From assembly GCA_029259285.1 (NCBI GenBank), contig JAPDJB010000010.1:1-49116 (forward strand): a stretch of DNA of 49,116 bases. Direction: 5' to 3'. Within the stretch, counting starts at the first letter, position 1, and every line of letters starts with the position of its first letter. Below the pieces are notes generated by a model. That model saw nothing but the letters and a program-made list of their open reading frames with translations. It had not been told where the DNA came from and did not search any database. The translations under genes and the position numbers were made by a program. Source of the DNA: Candidatus Bathyarchaeota archaeon. Its GTDB lineage: Archaea; Thermoproteota; Bathyarchaeia; TCS64; B23. This document shows positions 1-9,317 of this stretch, one piece after another.

Positions 1-246
1 CGCAAGGAGATCTGAGGCTAGGAGGGGAGCCACGATCCCGAGGAAGGATGCGGAGAAGGCGTAGGGTAGACCGCCGAGACCATGGAGTATGGAGAAGGAG
101 CCCACCATGGAGAGGGTTGGAGCTAGGACGATGACTAAAAGCATGACCCCCATAGAGGGGAATGTGAAGAGATATCGATAATATCTCAGGATCCTGTCAG
201 AGGCTCTCCTACCAGCCCACGCCGCCAACCCTCTCCTTAGACTCAA
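1..246 (-). CDS. partial CDS: N-terminal part of a hydrophobic membrane protein that continues past the left window edge
   Basis: Own minus-strand translation. The frame is open from 246 (TTG) or 153 (ATG) down to position 1 and reads MGVMLLVIVLAPTLSMVGSFSILHGLGGLPYAFSASFLGIVAPLLASDLLA. It is strongly hydrophobic and is cut by the window edge, so it is absent from the ORF track. No family recognised. Confidence 0.35.
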   Translation of the reverse strand, partial: MSLRRGLAAWAGRRASDRILRYYRYLFTFPSMGVMLLVIVLAPTLSMVGSFSILHGLGGLPYAFSASFLGIVAPLLASDLLA

Positions 247-294
247 CTTGAGATCAAAGGAGAGATCAGCCCTCTTTAAAAACTCCTCCCCTTC

Positions 295-471
295 CTAGAG
301 AAAGTGTGGAAGTAGGGAGTGAGCCATCATGATGGCAACTATGAGGGCGATGGCAGCCGCCACCACTATCTCGGGGCTGATCTTAAGCCCGTGAGCCTCC
401 TCCTGGAAGAATCTGATTAGACCTGCACTCGCCGCAGGCATGACGCCTGATTCTCGACGCCTACGACCCAT
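295..471 (-). CDS. secG: preprotein translocase subunit Sec61-beta homologue (58 aa, below the ORF-track size cutoff)
   Basis: Own translation gives MGRRRRESGVMPAASAGLIRFFQEEAHGLKISPEIVVAAAIALIVAIMMAHSLLPHFL*. It has a basic N-terminus, the AGLIRFF..E...G.KI.P motif and a single C-terminal TM helix, as is typical of archaeal Sec61-beta. A TATA-like box lies about 27 nt upstream of the ATG. Confidence 0.7.
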   Translation of the reverse strand: MGRRRRESGVMPAASAGLIRFFQEEAHGLKISPEIVVAAAIALIVAIMMAHSLLPHFL

Positions 472-494
472 CCCAACTAGACTCTCCTAAAGGG

Positions 495-503
495 TATTAA
501 AAA
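495..503 (-). promoter_or_regulatory. TATA-like box (TTTTTAATA on the minus strand) for the Sec61-beta gene, spaced for a leaderless transcript
   Basis: The plus strand reads tattaaaaa at 495-503. The box centre is about 27 nt upstream of the ATG at 471, which matches archaeal TATA-to-TSS spacing. Confidence 0.4.
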
Positions 504-533
504 GGGTTTGTGGAAAAAGGGAGAGGCTGAGGC

Positions 534-1028
534 CTAATAACGCCTACGGCCTCTCCTACTCCGCCTATCTCTAGGGCTTCCCCCGCCTCGATCGGAGCTC
601 CTCCAATACTCGAAGCGCTTAGATGAGAGATTGTTGTCGAGATTGACCTCCCCTATGGGGGACTCCTCCATCACCTCGAAGCTGCCGAAGCGTCCAAGGG
701 CTAGACGCATGGAGCCTCTGAAGAGGTTGATGTAGGCGTTCCTTATGCTCAGCGTCTGCCCCACCTCCACCTGGTCGATGGCGTCATCCCAGAGGGTGAG
801 GTAGATGCTACCCGTCTCATCGCCGACGAGGGCCTCCGCCACCCGATGGGTTGACCGGTCGATCCTCGAAGAGACTTCACGTGGCTCGGTTATCGACACA
901 ACCTTGACGATGGTGTAGATGCGCCTCGAGTATCGGTTTAGATCCCCGATCTTAACAGGGGTCTGCTCCTCCTCCTCATATGCCGCCAAGCTTATACCTC
1001 TGCTCGTTTTGAGGTGAAGAGCGCTCAC
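534..1028 (-). CDS. OB-fold single-stranded nucleic-acid-binding protein (SSB/RPA-like) with an Arg/Gly-rich basic C-terminal tail
   Basis: 164 aa. The core (VVSITEPREV...ALVGDETGSIYLTLWDD...GQTLSIRNAYINLFRGSMRLALGRFG) looks like a single OB fold of the crenarchaeal-type SSB. GTG start. Tail: RSSDRGGGSPRDRRSRRGRRRY. Confidence 0.55.
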   Translation of the reverse strand: MSALHLKTSRGISLAAYEEEEQTPVKIGDLNRYSRRIYTIVKVVSITEPREVSSRIDRSTHRVAEALVGDETGSIYLTLWDDAIDQVEVGQTLSIRNAYINLFRGSMRLALGRFGSFEVMEESPIGEVNLDNNLSSKRFEYWRSSDRGGGSPRDRRSRRGRRRY

Positions 1029-1051
1029 CGTGGATATAAAGGTTGTGATGC

Positions 1052-4000
1052 CTACTTCAGAAATTCCGTTAGATCCACCTGCTGCCTCTTGGAGGGTTTC
1101 TCCCCCCTCTCGTCGACGGCCTCGGGGAAGAGGAGGGAGACCTCGTCGAGGATCAACTTAATTCTCTGGGCATAATAGTCGTCGAGGCCGTAGCGCTCTA
1201 CCAGCTTTCTAGCCGGCTCGATATACTTCTCTATTCCACCTCTATGAACCGTAAGCGTCAGCGAGCCTCCGCAGCGGGTGCAGACGCCTTTAAGTGGAGG
1301 CCTTCTAAACTTTGCGTTACACTTCACGCATCTAAACTTCTGGCTGGTGTAGGCTCTTAGGTTTCCGATGATGTCTTTGAGGAAGTGGCTTGTTAGAACC
1401 CCCTCAGCCACGACCTTAACGTCCACGGCCCTGATCCTCTCAGCCAATTCGAGTTGGCTCTCCAACTTTTCGATCATCGCCCCCAGACTCGTATAGGCTC
1501 CATGATGTGAGGAGTGATTGATGTTTGAACAGTCCTCGGTGAATCTAAAGCCCTCCACCTGGGCTTCACTCCCCAACCTCCGCCCTATGGTCTCTATCAA
1601 CGGCTCATAGAGGCTTGGGGGAGCCCTCCTCTCAGCCAGCCTATAAAGCTCCGGCGGATATCTAGGCATGACATCGACGTTATGGGCCTCCTTATCCACC
1701 TCACCTGGGTTTATGGTGGAGATTATGAATAGAGGTGCATCCATCAGCCCCCCGATCTGCTCAGGTAGATACTCCCTGGAGAAGTTCAACAGGGGATCCA
1801 AGGCCAGCATCACGGCGTCCTCATCGCCGTCACAGTTCCTACGCTTAGCCGCATGCCACAGTGGATGCGCATAGCACACCCTGGTCTTCGTATAACCTAT
1901 GATCCTACCCAGGACGGCGGCCGAGGTGTGCGGAGCCAGCCCAAGTATCAGATGTCCAATCAGATCCTCTCTACGCTCAGCCCTATAGTAGGACTCTAAG
2001 CCATAGACCCTTGTGAGGAGGCCGTCGATAAACTTGGAGACCTTTACGAGGTAGTCGCCGCACTCCTCAGGTAGGATTACATCCTGAGCCTTCAACTCCA
2101 GCAGCTGGTAGGGGGACTCAAGGGGCCTGCCATCGATGTCATGGGTGTAACCCAGCTCCCTCAACCTCTCGATGGAGGTGCCGATCTCTATAGGCTTGAA
2201 GTGGGTTAGAGGGGCGTCGGTGATGTCGAAGCGGATGGTTCCATCCCTAAAGACCGATAGATCATATTGGGCCCTTAGAACCACCTTCTCCAATGGCTCG
2301 GGTTGGCGATGGGCGTTCATCAGCCTCTTCACGCCCTTAATCCTCGGCGGCCTCCCACCTCCGATGTGCTTCAGGGCCTTATCAACGAGTTTAGCCACAT
2401 CTATCCTCATCGTCTTATAGGGAACGGTTCGAACATTGCAGTTTGGACAGGTCTCATCGGCCTTGAGGCTTCTACCACATCTGGGGCAGCTCCATCGGAT
2501 TTTGGTTTCCCCTCCACATTCTGGGCAGATAGCTCCGAAGATCCTTTCACCGCAGATGGGGCAGAGTCGGTCTATCACCTCTATCTCAACGGGTTTACCC
2601 CTCTCAGCCTTCAGTAGGTCTCTCTGTGGGCCTCCAGCCTCACCAATTGGGAAGAGGCCGTGGACATAAGGGGAGAGTTTACGCTCCTTAGCCTTCTCCG
2701 GCCTCCCCATCCTCGCGCCTAGGTAGATGCCGCTTTTATCCCTCACATCGAGTCCTGAGAGCATCCTGACCAGCTCTAGGGAGCTATCCGCCTCAGGCTT
2801 GAGTTCAGGGCTGCGGAGGGCTAGACATCGCTCTAATATCGGAGCCGCCTCCGTGAAGCGGAAGCCCCCTCCGGATCTGATGTGAGGTACTAGAAGCCGC
2901 TCCAGAAGCCCCTTCTCAAAGTCGTTCAGCTCAACCTCATAGGGGGAGGCGTCAGGCCATTTAGCCATCAAACCCTCTCTAAGCTGGAGGAGCTCCTCAA
3001 CAGAGACCTCAGACCACATATAGGTATATCTGGGATGGAGGGGGACACCTGCCTCCGCTAGGGCTATAGCCTCCCTAGGCGTGGGGACATAAGCCTTAGA
3101 CCTCAAGAACTCCTCCAGCCGTTCAGGGGGAAGGCCGCATCGATGACTTAGAGCCTCAAGGCCGAGGTCGCTGACTATCCTCTCCAGGTCTAGGAGCCAT
3201 TGATTCTCATCGTAGCCGACTGGTAGGAGCTCCTTATTGTTCTGGATGAGATCCCCCATCGCAACGAGGATGTCGCCTAGGAAGAGGATGCAATCAACGC
3301 GCTCCAGCAGCCTCTCAGCCTCCTCCTCGGTCTCAACCCTAACGACGGAGCCATCCCTCAACCTGACGACGGGCGGCTCTATGGAGTCGACGGGTGTGAC
3401 TACGGCAGACTTACCTGGGAAATCCATTCGCAGCTGGACGCCTGTAGTTAGGAACTTGTTGAGGAGGATCATCGATGCTGGATGTATGCCGACGGCGGCG
3501 AGACCGGTGTTCCTCGCACGCCCATATCTCAGCCTGAATCCTCCAGGGGTGTTGGGGAAGGAGAAGACGGGTCTCCCAACGATGATCTCCTCCATGAAGC
3601 TGGCTGAAGACTCCCTCGCCGAGGCAACCTTCAAATCTCCAAGCCACTCCCACCCATCGAGGTGGAGATGCTCACAGATGCCCATCAGCTTTCTAGCTCT
3701 GCCAACCACCCCATCGACGACGACGATGAGAGCTCCACCCCTCACTCTATTGGTCTCTACGCCAGGGACATCCCTGAAGGTGGAGACCTCGTAGCGGTCT
3801 GTAGCTACCCCCGTCACCTCTACGGGGAGATTGCGTATGGCGAACTCCAAGTCCTCGTCGGAGACATGGTATTGAAAGCGTCGAACCCTCCGCTCATAGA
3901 GGCGAACCTCTTCTACGAAGCGCTTCACAGCCTCCTCAGACGGCTTATATCGATCCAGGCCGAGGCGTCTCCGCACAAAGTCCGCGATGACGAGCGTCAA

Positions 4001-4459
4001 CGCCTGAGCCGTCCCACCCGCCGGCCTTATGGGCCCCGCGAAATAGACGGCTAAATAGCGGCTTCCATCCCTGTTACGCTTGATCCTGATCTCGGGTATC
4101 CCCTGGATCGGCGCGATGGTGACGCCTTCGGTGACGATTGCCAGCGCTGTTCTGATGGCCTGCTCCGCCGCTTGCTCCTGCTCTAGTCTTCCGAAGCGGC
4201 CATAGATGATCTCCTCAGCGATCTTGAAGGCCATCTCATAGCGATCCATCGACTCTAGCTCCCTGATCCTCTCAGCGATGCCTGGTGGGCCGACGAGCTT
4301 CTCAACCCTCTCAGCCATATCCTCCGTCAACTCGGACTCCGGCTTGGTGATGGGATCCAGGCCCTTCGCCCTTGCCCTTCCAGCTATCTCATAGAGGTGT
4401 TCAAGCTCCTCTCTAAGCCTTGAGTAGTAGGCCTCATACTCCTTGGAGAGCTTCAACAA
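1052..4459 (-). CDS. polC: DNA polymerase II (PolD) large subunit DP2
   Basis: 1135 aa, the expected size for DP2. Cys-cluster Zn modules are present (CPICGERIFGAICPECGG, CPRCG...CPNC, CVKCNAKFRRPPLKGVCTRCGG), along with GARMGRPEKAKERK and a conserved N-terminal helical region. No intein-sized insertion. TTG start, with a TATA-like TTCTATAAG (minus strand) at 4477-4485. Confidence 0.95.
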   Translation of the reverse strand: MLKLSKEYEAYYSRLREELEHLYEIAGRARAKGLDPITKPESELTEDMAERVEKLVGPPGIAERIRELESMDRYEMAFKIAEEIIYGRFGRLEQEQAAEQAIRTALAIVTEGVTIAPIQGIPEIRIKRNRDGSRYLAVYFAGPIRPAGGTAQALTLVIADFVRRRLGLDRYKPSEEAVKRFVEEVRLYERRVRRFQYHVSDEDLEFAIRNLPVEVTGVATDRYEVSTFRDVPGVETNRVRGGALIVVVDGVVGRARKLMGICEHLHLDGWEWLGDLKVASARESSASFMEEIIVGRPVFSFPNTPGGFRLRYGRARNTGLAAVGIHPASMILLNKFLTTGVQLRMDFPGKSAVVTPVDSIEPPVVRLRDGSVVRVETEEEAERLLERVDCILFLGDILVAMGDLIQNNKELLPVGYDENQWLLDLERIVSDLGLEALSHRCGLPPERLEEFLRSKAYVPTPREAIALAEAGVPLHPRYTYMWSEVSVEELLQLREGLMAKWPDASPYEVELNDFEKGLLERLLVPHIRSGGGFRFTEAAPILERCLALRSPELKPEADSSLELVRMLSGLDVRDKSGIYLGARMGRPEKAKERKLSPYVHGLFPIGEAGGPQRDLLKAERGKPVEIEVIDRLCPICGERIFGAICPECGGETKIRWSCPRCGRSLKADETCPNCNVRTVPYKTMRIDVAKLVDKALKHIGGGRPPRIKGVKRLMNAHRQPEPLEKVVLRAQYDLSVFRDGTIRFDITDAPLTHFKPIEIGTSIERLRELGYTHDIDGRPLESPYQLLELKAQDVILPEECGDYLVKVSKFIDGLLTRVYGLESYYRAERREDLIGHLILGLAPHTSAAVLGRIIGYTKTRVCYAHPLWHAAKRRNCDGDEDAVMLALDPLLNFSREYLPEQIGGLMDAPLFIISTINPGEVDKEAHNVDVMPRYPPELYRLAERRAPPSLYEPLIETIGRRLGSEAQVEGFRFTEDCSNINHSSHHGAYTSLGAMIEKLESQLELAERIRAVDVKVVAEGVLTSHFLKDIIGNLRAYTSQKFRCVKCNAKFRRPPLKGVCTRCGGSLTLTVHRGGIEKYIEPARKLVERYGLDDYYAQRIKLILDEVSLLFPEAVDERGEKPSKRQQVDLTEFLK

Positions 4460-4505
4460 GCTCTGGGATCCTCCCCTTATAGAATGCTATCCGCACCTCA
4501 TTTCC

Positions 4506-5264
4506 CTATCGGTGGGAGATTTTGGAGACGATCTCAGCTATACGCTCTCTCACCATCTCCGTCTCCTCTACGAGAGTTCCGGTGACGATGACATCGGCGC
4601 CTGACTCAGCTATCCTTCGGGCGGAGTCTCCATCCCTGATGCCTCCACCGACGATGAGTGGAATGGATAGATACCGCTTCACCATTCTAACCATCTCCAG
4701 TGGAACATGCCTCTTCGCCCCTGAGCCAGCTTCGAGATAGATGAAGCGCATCCCCAGGAGCTCTCCGGCGAGGCTATAGCCTACGGCGATCTCTGGGTGA
4801 TCATAGGGTATTGGCCTGGCCTGCCCTATGTATCCTGCGGCGCCTCCCTCTCCGACGATGATATAGCCCATTGGAATCGGCTCGATGCCATATTGCTTTA
4901 TGATACTCGCCGTCAGGGCTTGGACATCGATGAGGTAATAGGTGTTAGATGAGTTGAGGAGCGACATAAACCAGATGGCGTCGGCGTATCTGCTGACGCC
5001 GGATATATTATTTGGGAAGAGTATGACGGGAACTTTCACAGCCGTCTTGATGGCCTTCACAACCTCATCGAGATCGCTTTGGGAGGCGAGGGTTGAGCCG
5101 CCAACCATAATCGCGGCGGTTCCACCCTTCTCAGCCTCTCTCGCCACCTCCGCGAAATCCATCTCCACCCTCTCGGGATCGAGGAGAGTTAGATGAATTG
5201 TACCCTCCTCCTCGATCCTGTTAAGGAGGTACTCCTCAACGCGTCCTAGCCGCCACTTCCTCAT
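4506..5264 (-). CDS. geranylgeranylglyceryl phosphate synthase (GGGPS/PcrB family)
   Basis: Motifs seen: HLTLLDPE, IMVGGS, FIYLEAGSGA, LIVGGGIR. The ORF track starts at 5339, but family N-termini match MRKWRLGRVEEYLL, so the start is placed at 5264. Confidence 0.85.
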   Translation of the reverse strand: MRKWRLGRVEEYLLNRIEEEGTIHLTLLDPERVEMDFAEVAREAEKGGTAAIMVGGSTLASQSDLDEVVKAIKTAVKVPVILFPNNISGVSRYADAIWFMSLLNSSNTYYLIDVQALTASIIKQYGIEPIPMGYIIVGEGGAAGYIGQARPIPYDHPEIAVGYSLAGELLGMRFIYLEAGSGAKRHVPLEMVRMVKRYLSIPLIVGGGIRDGDSARRIAESGADVIVTGTLVEETEMVRERIAEIVSKISHR

Positions 5265-5499
5265 GTCCTTCCATCCCATAGTAGTTGTCAACGAAGAGAC
5301 AGTAGGCGTCGACGGGGGCCATATGTGGAGACATCTCAAAGGAGGCTGAGAGATTACAGAAGCCGCAGACTACGGTGACTCTCCCAAGCTTCTTATTCAT
5401 AGTAACCCTCACCGCGTTCTTCCCGCATCTGGGGCAGAGGAAGAAGACGGGCAGCTTCTTCTTCACGATCTTTACAACCTTTCTACGTCTCCGACCCAT
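5236..5499 (-). CDS. elf1: Elf1-like zinc-ribbon transcription elongation factor
   Basis: 87 aa with a basic N-terminus (MGRRRRKVVKIVKKK). The Zn ribbon is CPRCG...x...CGFC, followed by PVDAYCLFVD, which matches the eukaryotic Elf1 pattern F.CP.C....C..C....EPVDVY..W.D. Confidence 0.7.
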   Translation of the reverse strand: MGRRRRKVVKIVKKKLPVFFLCPRCGKNAVRVTMNKKLGRVTVVCGFCNLSASFEMSPHMAPVDAYCLFVDNYYGMEGHEEVAARTR

Positions 5500-5532
5500 C
5501 CCTCACACTCTCTCGACAGCCTCTGCTACTCC

Positions 5533-6339
5533 TCAGCTCAACTTTAAGATTAATGGGAGATGCCTCTTATGTTCATTCCGCTTAACCCTCTTTAAGACCT
5601 CCTCCACCTTTGATGGGGGGAAACCAAGATCCCTGGCGATCTCCTCAGCCCTCATACCACGCTCCCAGCCGTAGAGGATGAGATCTAGGTTCTCATAGCT
5701 AACGCCAAGCTCCCCCTCATCCGTTTGACCAGGCCAGAGGCCAGCCGTAGGCGTCTTCATCACGATATGCTCCGGAAGCCCAAGATACCTAGCAAGCTGC
5801 CTCACCTGGGTCTTGTATAGATCCGCGATGGGCATGAGGTCGACGCCTCCATCCCCATACTTGGTGAAATAACCCAACAGCCACTCAGTTTTATTGGTGC
5901 TGCCGATCACCATCATATCCAGCGAGTTGGCGAAGTGATAGGCTATAGCCATCCTAAGCCTAGCCTTCACATTTCCAAAGGGGATGAGAGCCTCGGGATC
6001 ATAGAGGGGGAGGACATCACGCATCACGTCGACGAGGGATGTGATTTCCACAACGTCACATGTGACGCCTAGACGCTTTGTGAGCTCCATCACATCACGG
6101 ACATCACGCTTAGAGGTTACGCCCCGTTCAGGCATGTTCACAGCCCTTACATTCTCAGCGCCTAAGGCTTTCACCGCTAACGTCAACGTGGTTGAGGAGT
6201 CGACGCCGCCACTGATGGCGACAACCCCACCCCTCAAACCGGCCTTCTCCATCTCTCCGGCTATGAAATCCACGATCCTATGCTCAACCTCCACTGGATC
6301 TATTCTTAGGGACTCCAACGTCAACATCCTACCTTTCAA
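5533..6339 (-). CDS. nadE: NH3-dependent NAD+ synthetase
   Basis: 268 aa with the PP-loop SGGVDSS. The rest is NadE-like (GSTNKTE, GYFTKYGDGGVD, PIADLYKTQV). Confidence 0.9.
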   Translation of the reverse strand: MKGRMLTLESLRIDPVEVEHRIVDFIAGEMEKAGLRGGVVAISGGVDSSTTLTLAVKALGAENVRAVNMPERGVTSKRDVRDVMELTKRLGVTCDVVEITSLVDVMRDVLPLYDPEALIPFGNVKARLRMAIAYHFANSLDMMVIGSTNKTEWLLGYFTKYGDGGVDLMPIADLYKTQVRQLARYLGLPEHIVMKTPTAGLWPGQTDEGELGVSYENLDLILYGWERGMRAEEIARDLGFPPSKVEEVLKRVKRNEHKRHLPLILKLS

Positions 6340-6410
6340 CGTTAAACTTCCATCTATTTAAAGCTAAAATTTATAGCCTCTTTGAAAGGGAGGGGCTTAA
6401 AATATTCTTA

Positions 6411-6905
6411 TTGATGTTGAATACAGAACTGTATTCAGAGGGAGACATCTTGGGCGAGCGGGATCAAGGAGGCATAAAAGATGCTAAAAACTCAATTTTT
6501 AGAGTTCTTAGGGATCCAATTATAAGGCTTCTCCTCAAATCCAGCAATTTAACACCTATTCAATTTGAAACTATGCTAATTGACGTTATAGGAAGAATGA
6601 ACCAGGAAAAAGTCCTTAGTTATGAGGAGAAAAGAAAATTGAGGAGTAAAACCGTGAGTAGGGGAGCTTTCATAAGAACTCTGAGCCAAGCCAGGGAGAG
6701 AGTGAAAGAGGCCATATACACGATTCTGCTCTTCAACTATCTTGGAATACTCGACAGTTCATTCTTTGAGGACTATCAACAACTCTTTGAGCGTTTGAGG
6801 GAATACCTCCAAGACATTGAAGATTCTGAGAAAACTAAAATAATCCTGAGACGGATTGAACATGAAATCAAGACGAGAATCGACGCCCTCATTCGATCGC
6901 TGTAA
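6411..6905 (+). CDS. AT-rich hypothetical protein with a possible sigma-r4/Tfx-like helix-turn-helix
   Basis: 164 aa ORF in a clearly AT-rich island between nadE and hypF. The segment KTVSRGAFIRTLSQARERVKEAI resembles the recognition-helix region of small HTH regulators. ATG at 6414 follows the TTG at 6411. Confidence 0.45.
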   Translation: MMLNTELYSEGDILGERDQGGIKDAKNSIFRVLRDPIIRLLLKSSNLTPIQFETMLIDVIGRMNQEKVLSYEEKRKLRSKTVSRGAFIRTLSQARERVKEAIYTILLFNYLGILDSSFFEDYQQLFERLREYLQDIEDSEKTKIILRRIEHEIKTRIDALIRSL

Positions 6906-6917
6906 TGTGATATCACG

Positions 6918-9245
6918 CTACATCACGTTTGCCAAGGCGATCACCGACTGACCGAGAGCGACGCCACCATCACCAGGGGGGACAAGGCCATGCCTCAGAA
7001 CCTCCAAGCCTCTCCGAGATAGATAATCAACGATATATTCGGTGATGAATTCATTTGCGAACACCCCTCCAGACAACGCAACCTTCCTCACGCCCTCCTC
7101 CTCCGCAATCCTAGAAGTTATTTCTGCGACTCCCTCAGCTAAATATCGCTGTCCAAAGGCCGCCACATCATATATGCGGTATTCATTTAATTTCTCAGAT
7201 AATTCAAGGAGAATATTTGAGGTTTTAAGGATATAAACGCCATTTTCCTCTGAAATCTCTATCGGAATCTTGATTCTATGAGGATCGCCCTTCGTAGCAG
7301 CAGCTTCTAACCTCATCGCTGGTTCACCCTCATAGGTTCTCCGATAACATAGACCGCAGAGCGCTGATATCGAGTCCAAGAAACGCCCAGAGCTGGAAGT
7401 CAACATCGCATCGGGCGATCTTGAGTGTCTGAGAATTAATTGGAATTCAGATTCACCATGGGGGAGGCCTCTCGATATGTGATTTTGTGTGATATCACGT
7501 ATCTCATCCTCTGAGGCGATCCTGCTGAGGGCTGCGATCAGCATTCTCAGGGGATAGAGAGTGCATAGGTCGCCTCCAGGCATTGGTAGATACTCTAGAT
7601 GTCCCTTTCTCTCGAAGGTTGAGTAATCCGCTAAAAGAATCTCTCCACCCCAGATAGCCCCATCTAGGCCGTATCCAACTCCATCTAGGGCTATACCTAT
7701 GAAGGATTCATCGGGGGGTAGACCATTCTCTGCTGCCGCGGAGGCTATGTGGGCGTGATGATGCTGTGACCTCACGATCTGGGTGTTGAAATCACGTGAC
7801 ATCTCCTCGGCGAGTTGTGATGTCATGTAGAGGGGATGGAGGTCACATCCTATCACATCTGGGTCACGTGTGACCTTCAATAGCTTCAAGAAATGGTGGA
7901 TGACCCCCCTCTCAAAGTCTAGAACCTCAAGGGTCGTTACATCTCCTAGATATTGGGTTAGGAAACATCTTCCATCAAGGGTTATGGCGGCTACATTTCG
8001 AAGCTCGGCTCCAAGGGAGATGGCAACTCCATGTTTAAAGGGCACCCTTATCGGGTCTGGGACGTAGCCCCTTGAACGGCGTAGGAAGACCGTTTTACCT
8101 CTTATGACTCGGAGAACGGAGTCGTCACATCTATTGACGATCTCCCTATTATGGAGTAGGAAGTAATCGGCGATGCCGTGGAGCTCCTTCAGGGCAGCAT
8201 CATTTGTTATACACATTGGTAGACCTGATCGATTGCCACTGGTCATTATTAGAGCCGGCTCATCTAGGTATTTGAAGAGCATTAGATGGATGCCCGTGTA
8301 GGGGAGCATCACTCCGACTCGGGAGAGGCCTGGGGCAACTAGCTCTGAGATGATGCCATCCCTCTTCCGTAGTAGAACTATCGGCTTCCTCCAAGACTTC
8401 AGTATGGCCTCCTCCTCCGGCGTAACCACTGCAAAGCGCTTTACAGCCTCTAGACTCGGCGACATGAGGGCGAAGGGCTGATATGGCCGATTTTTACGCT
8501 TTCTGAGTTCCATCACAACCTCATCATCGGTGGCTAATGCGGCTAAGTGGACTCCTCCGATTCCCTTGACGGCGATGATAAACCCCTCTAAGAGGAGTTC
8601 AGATACGGCTTTGAAGACGTCGCCGACCTCCATGGGTTCTCCGTTGGCGTCGTAGAGGGTCATTTTGGGGCCACAATAGGTGCAGGTTATCCCCTGGGCG
8701 TCGAAGCGTCGATTCATGGGATCATGATAGTCGCGCTCGCAGAGTTCGCACATCGGGAAATCAGCCATGTGGGTTCGCTCACGGTCGTAGGGGAGGGCTT
8801 TGATAGCTGTGAACCTAGGGCCGCACCAGGCGCAGGCGGTGAAGGGATAATTATACCATCTACTTGAGGGGTTCTCCATATCCTGAATACAGGCATCGCA
8901 GATGCCTATGTCAGGGGGGAAAATCCCTGAGAGGCGCCCCTCGATCTCCCTACTCCTCTCGATCTTAAACTCCCTAAATCGCCCCTTATAGGGTTGATAG
9001 GAGACGGTGATGTCTCTAATCTCCGAGACCGCTGGGGCGTCTCGCTCCACCTCCTGGATGAAGCGTTCTATGATGGATCTCTCCCCCTCAACCCTCACCT
9101 CGACGCCGGCGTCGCCTAGGTTTATCACATAGCCTCTGAGACCAAGCTTCACAGCCTTACGGTAGATGAAGGGCCTGAAGCCGACGCCCTGAACTCGCCC
9201 CTGGATATGGATGACCGCTTCCACCAGCCCAGGAGGTGGAGACAT
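6918..9245 (-). CDS. hypF: [NiFe]-hydrogenase maturation carbamoyltransferase HypF
   Basis: 775 aa. It has an acylphosphatase domain (VQGVGFRPF), two CxxC-x18-CxxC zinc fingers (CDAC...CAWCGPRF, CELC...CTYCGP), a YrdC-like region and the Kae1-like C-terminal domain with QHHHAH. Confidence 0.95.
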   Translation of the reverse strand: MSPPPGLVEAVIHIQGRVQGVGFRPFIYRKAVKLGLRGYVINLGDAGVEVRVEGERSIIERFIQEVERDAPAVSEIRDITVSYQPYKGRFREFKIERSREIEGRLSGIFPPDIGICDACIQDMENPSSRWYNYPFTACAWCGPRFTAIKALPYDRERTHMADFPMCELCERDYHDPMNRRFDAQGITCTYCGPKMTLYDANGEPMEVGDVFKAVSELLLEGFIIAVKGIGGVHLAALATDDEVVMELRKRKNRPYQPFALMSPSLEAVKRFAVVTPEEEAILKSWRKPIVLLRKRDGIISELVAPGLSRVGVMLPYTGIHLMLFKYLDEPALIMTSGNRSGLPMCITNDAALKELHGIADYFLLHNREIVNRCDDSVLRVIRGKTVFLRRSRGYVPDPIRVPFKHGVAISLGAELRNVAAITLDGRCFLTQYLGDVTTLEVLDFERGVIHHFLKLLKVTRDPDVIGCDLHPLYMTSQLAEEMSRDFNTQIVRSQHHHAHIASAAAENGLPPDESFIGIALDGVGYGLDGAIWGGEILLADYSTFERKGHLEYLPMPGGDLCTLYPLRMLIAALSRIASEDEIRDITQNHISRGLPHGESEFQLILRHSRSPDAMLTSSSGRFLDSISALCGLCYRRTYEGEPAMRLEAAATKGDPHRIKIPIEISEENGVYILKTSNILLELSEKLNEYRIYDVAAFGQRYLAEGVAEITSRIAEEEGVRKVALSGGVFANEFITEYIVDYLSRRGLEVLRHGLVPPGDGGVALGQSVIALANVM

Positions 9246-9317
9246 CCCAGAAAGATTTGGAGGAACCTATTTAAACCTCATAGATAGTTTAAGCTGCAAC
9301 TTAATTATAAGGCGTAA

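Noticed and set aside
1668-4054. Plus-strand ORFs inside polC (1668..1874, 2172..2669, 3237..3794, 3662..4054) and minus-strand ORF 3411..3653
   Set aside because: They are antisense or out-of-frame ORFs within a confidently identified 1135-aa gene. Their Ser/Pro/Arg/Thr-rich low-complexity translations are typical of shadow ORFs in G+C-rich DNA.
1052-4459. An intein in the PolD large subunit
   Set aside because: The length (1135 aa) is within the intein-free range, and no Cys/Ser...HN splice-junction block or homing-endonuclease-like insert is visible.
4506-5339. Full 277-aa version of the GGGPS ORF
   Set aside because: The first 25 codons overlap elf1 in another frame and are Ser/Thr/Pro-rich. 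Family N-termini align with MRKWRLG at 5264.
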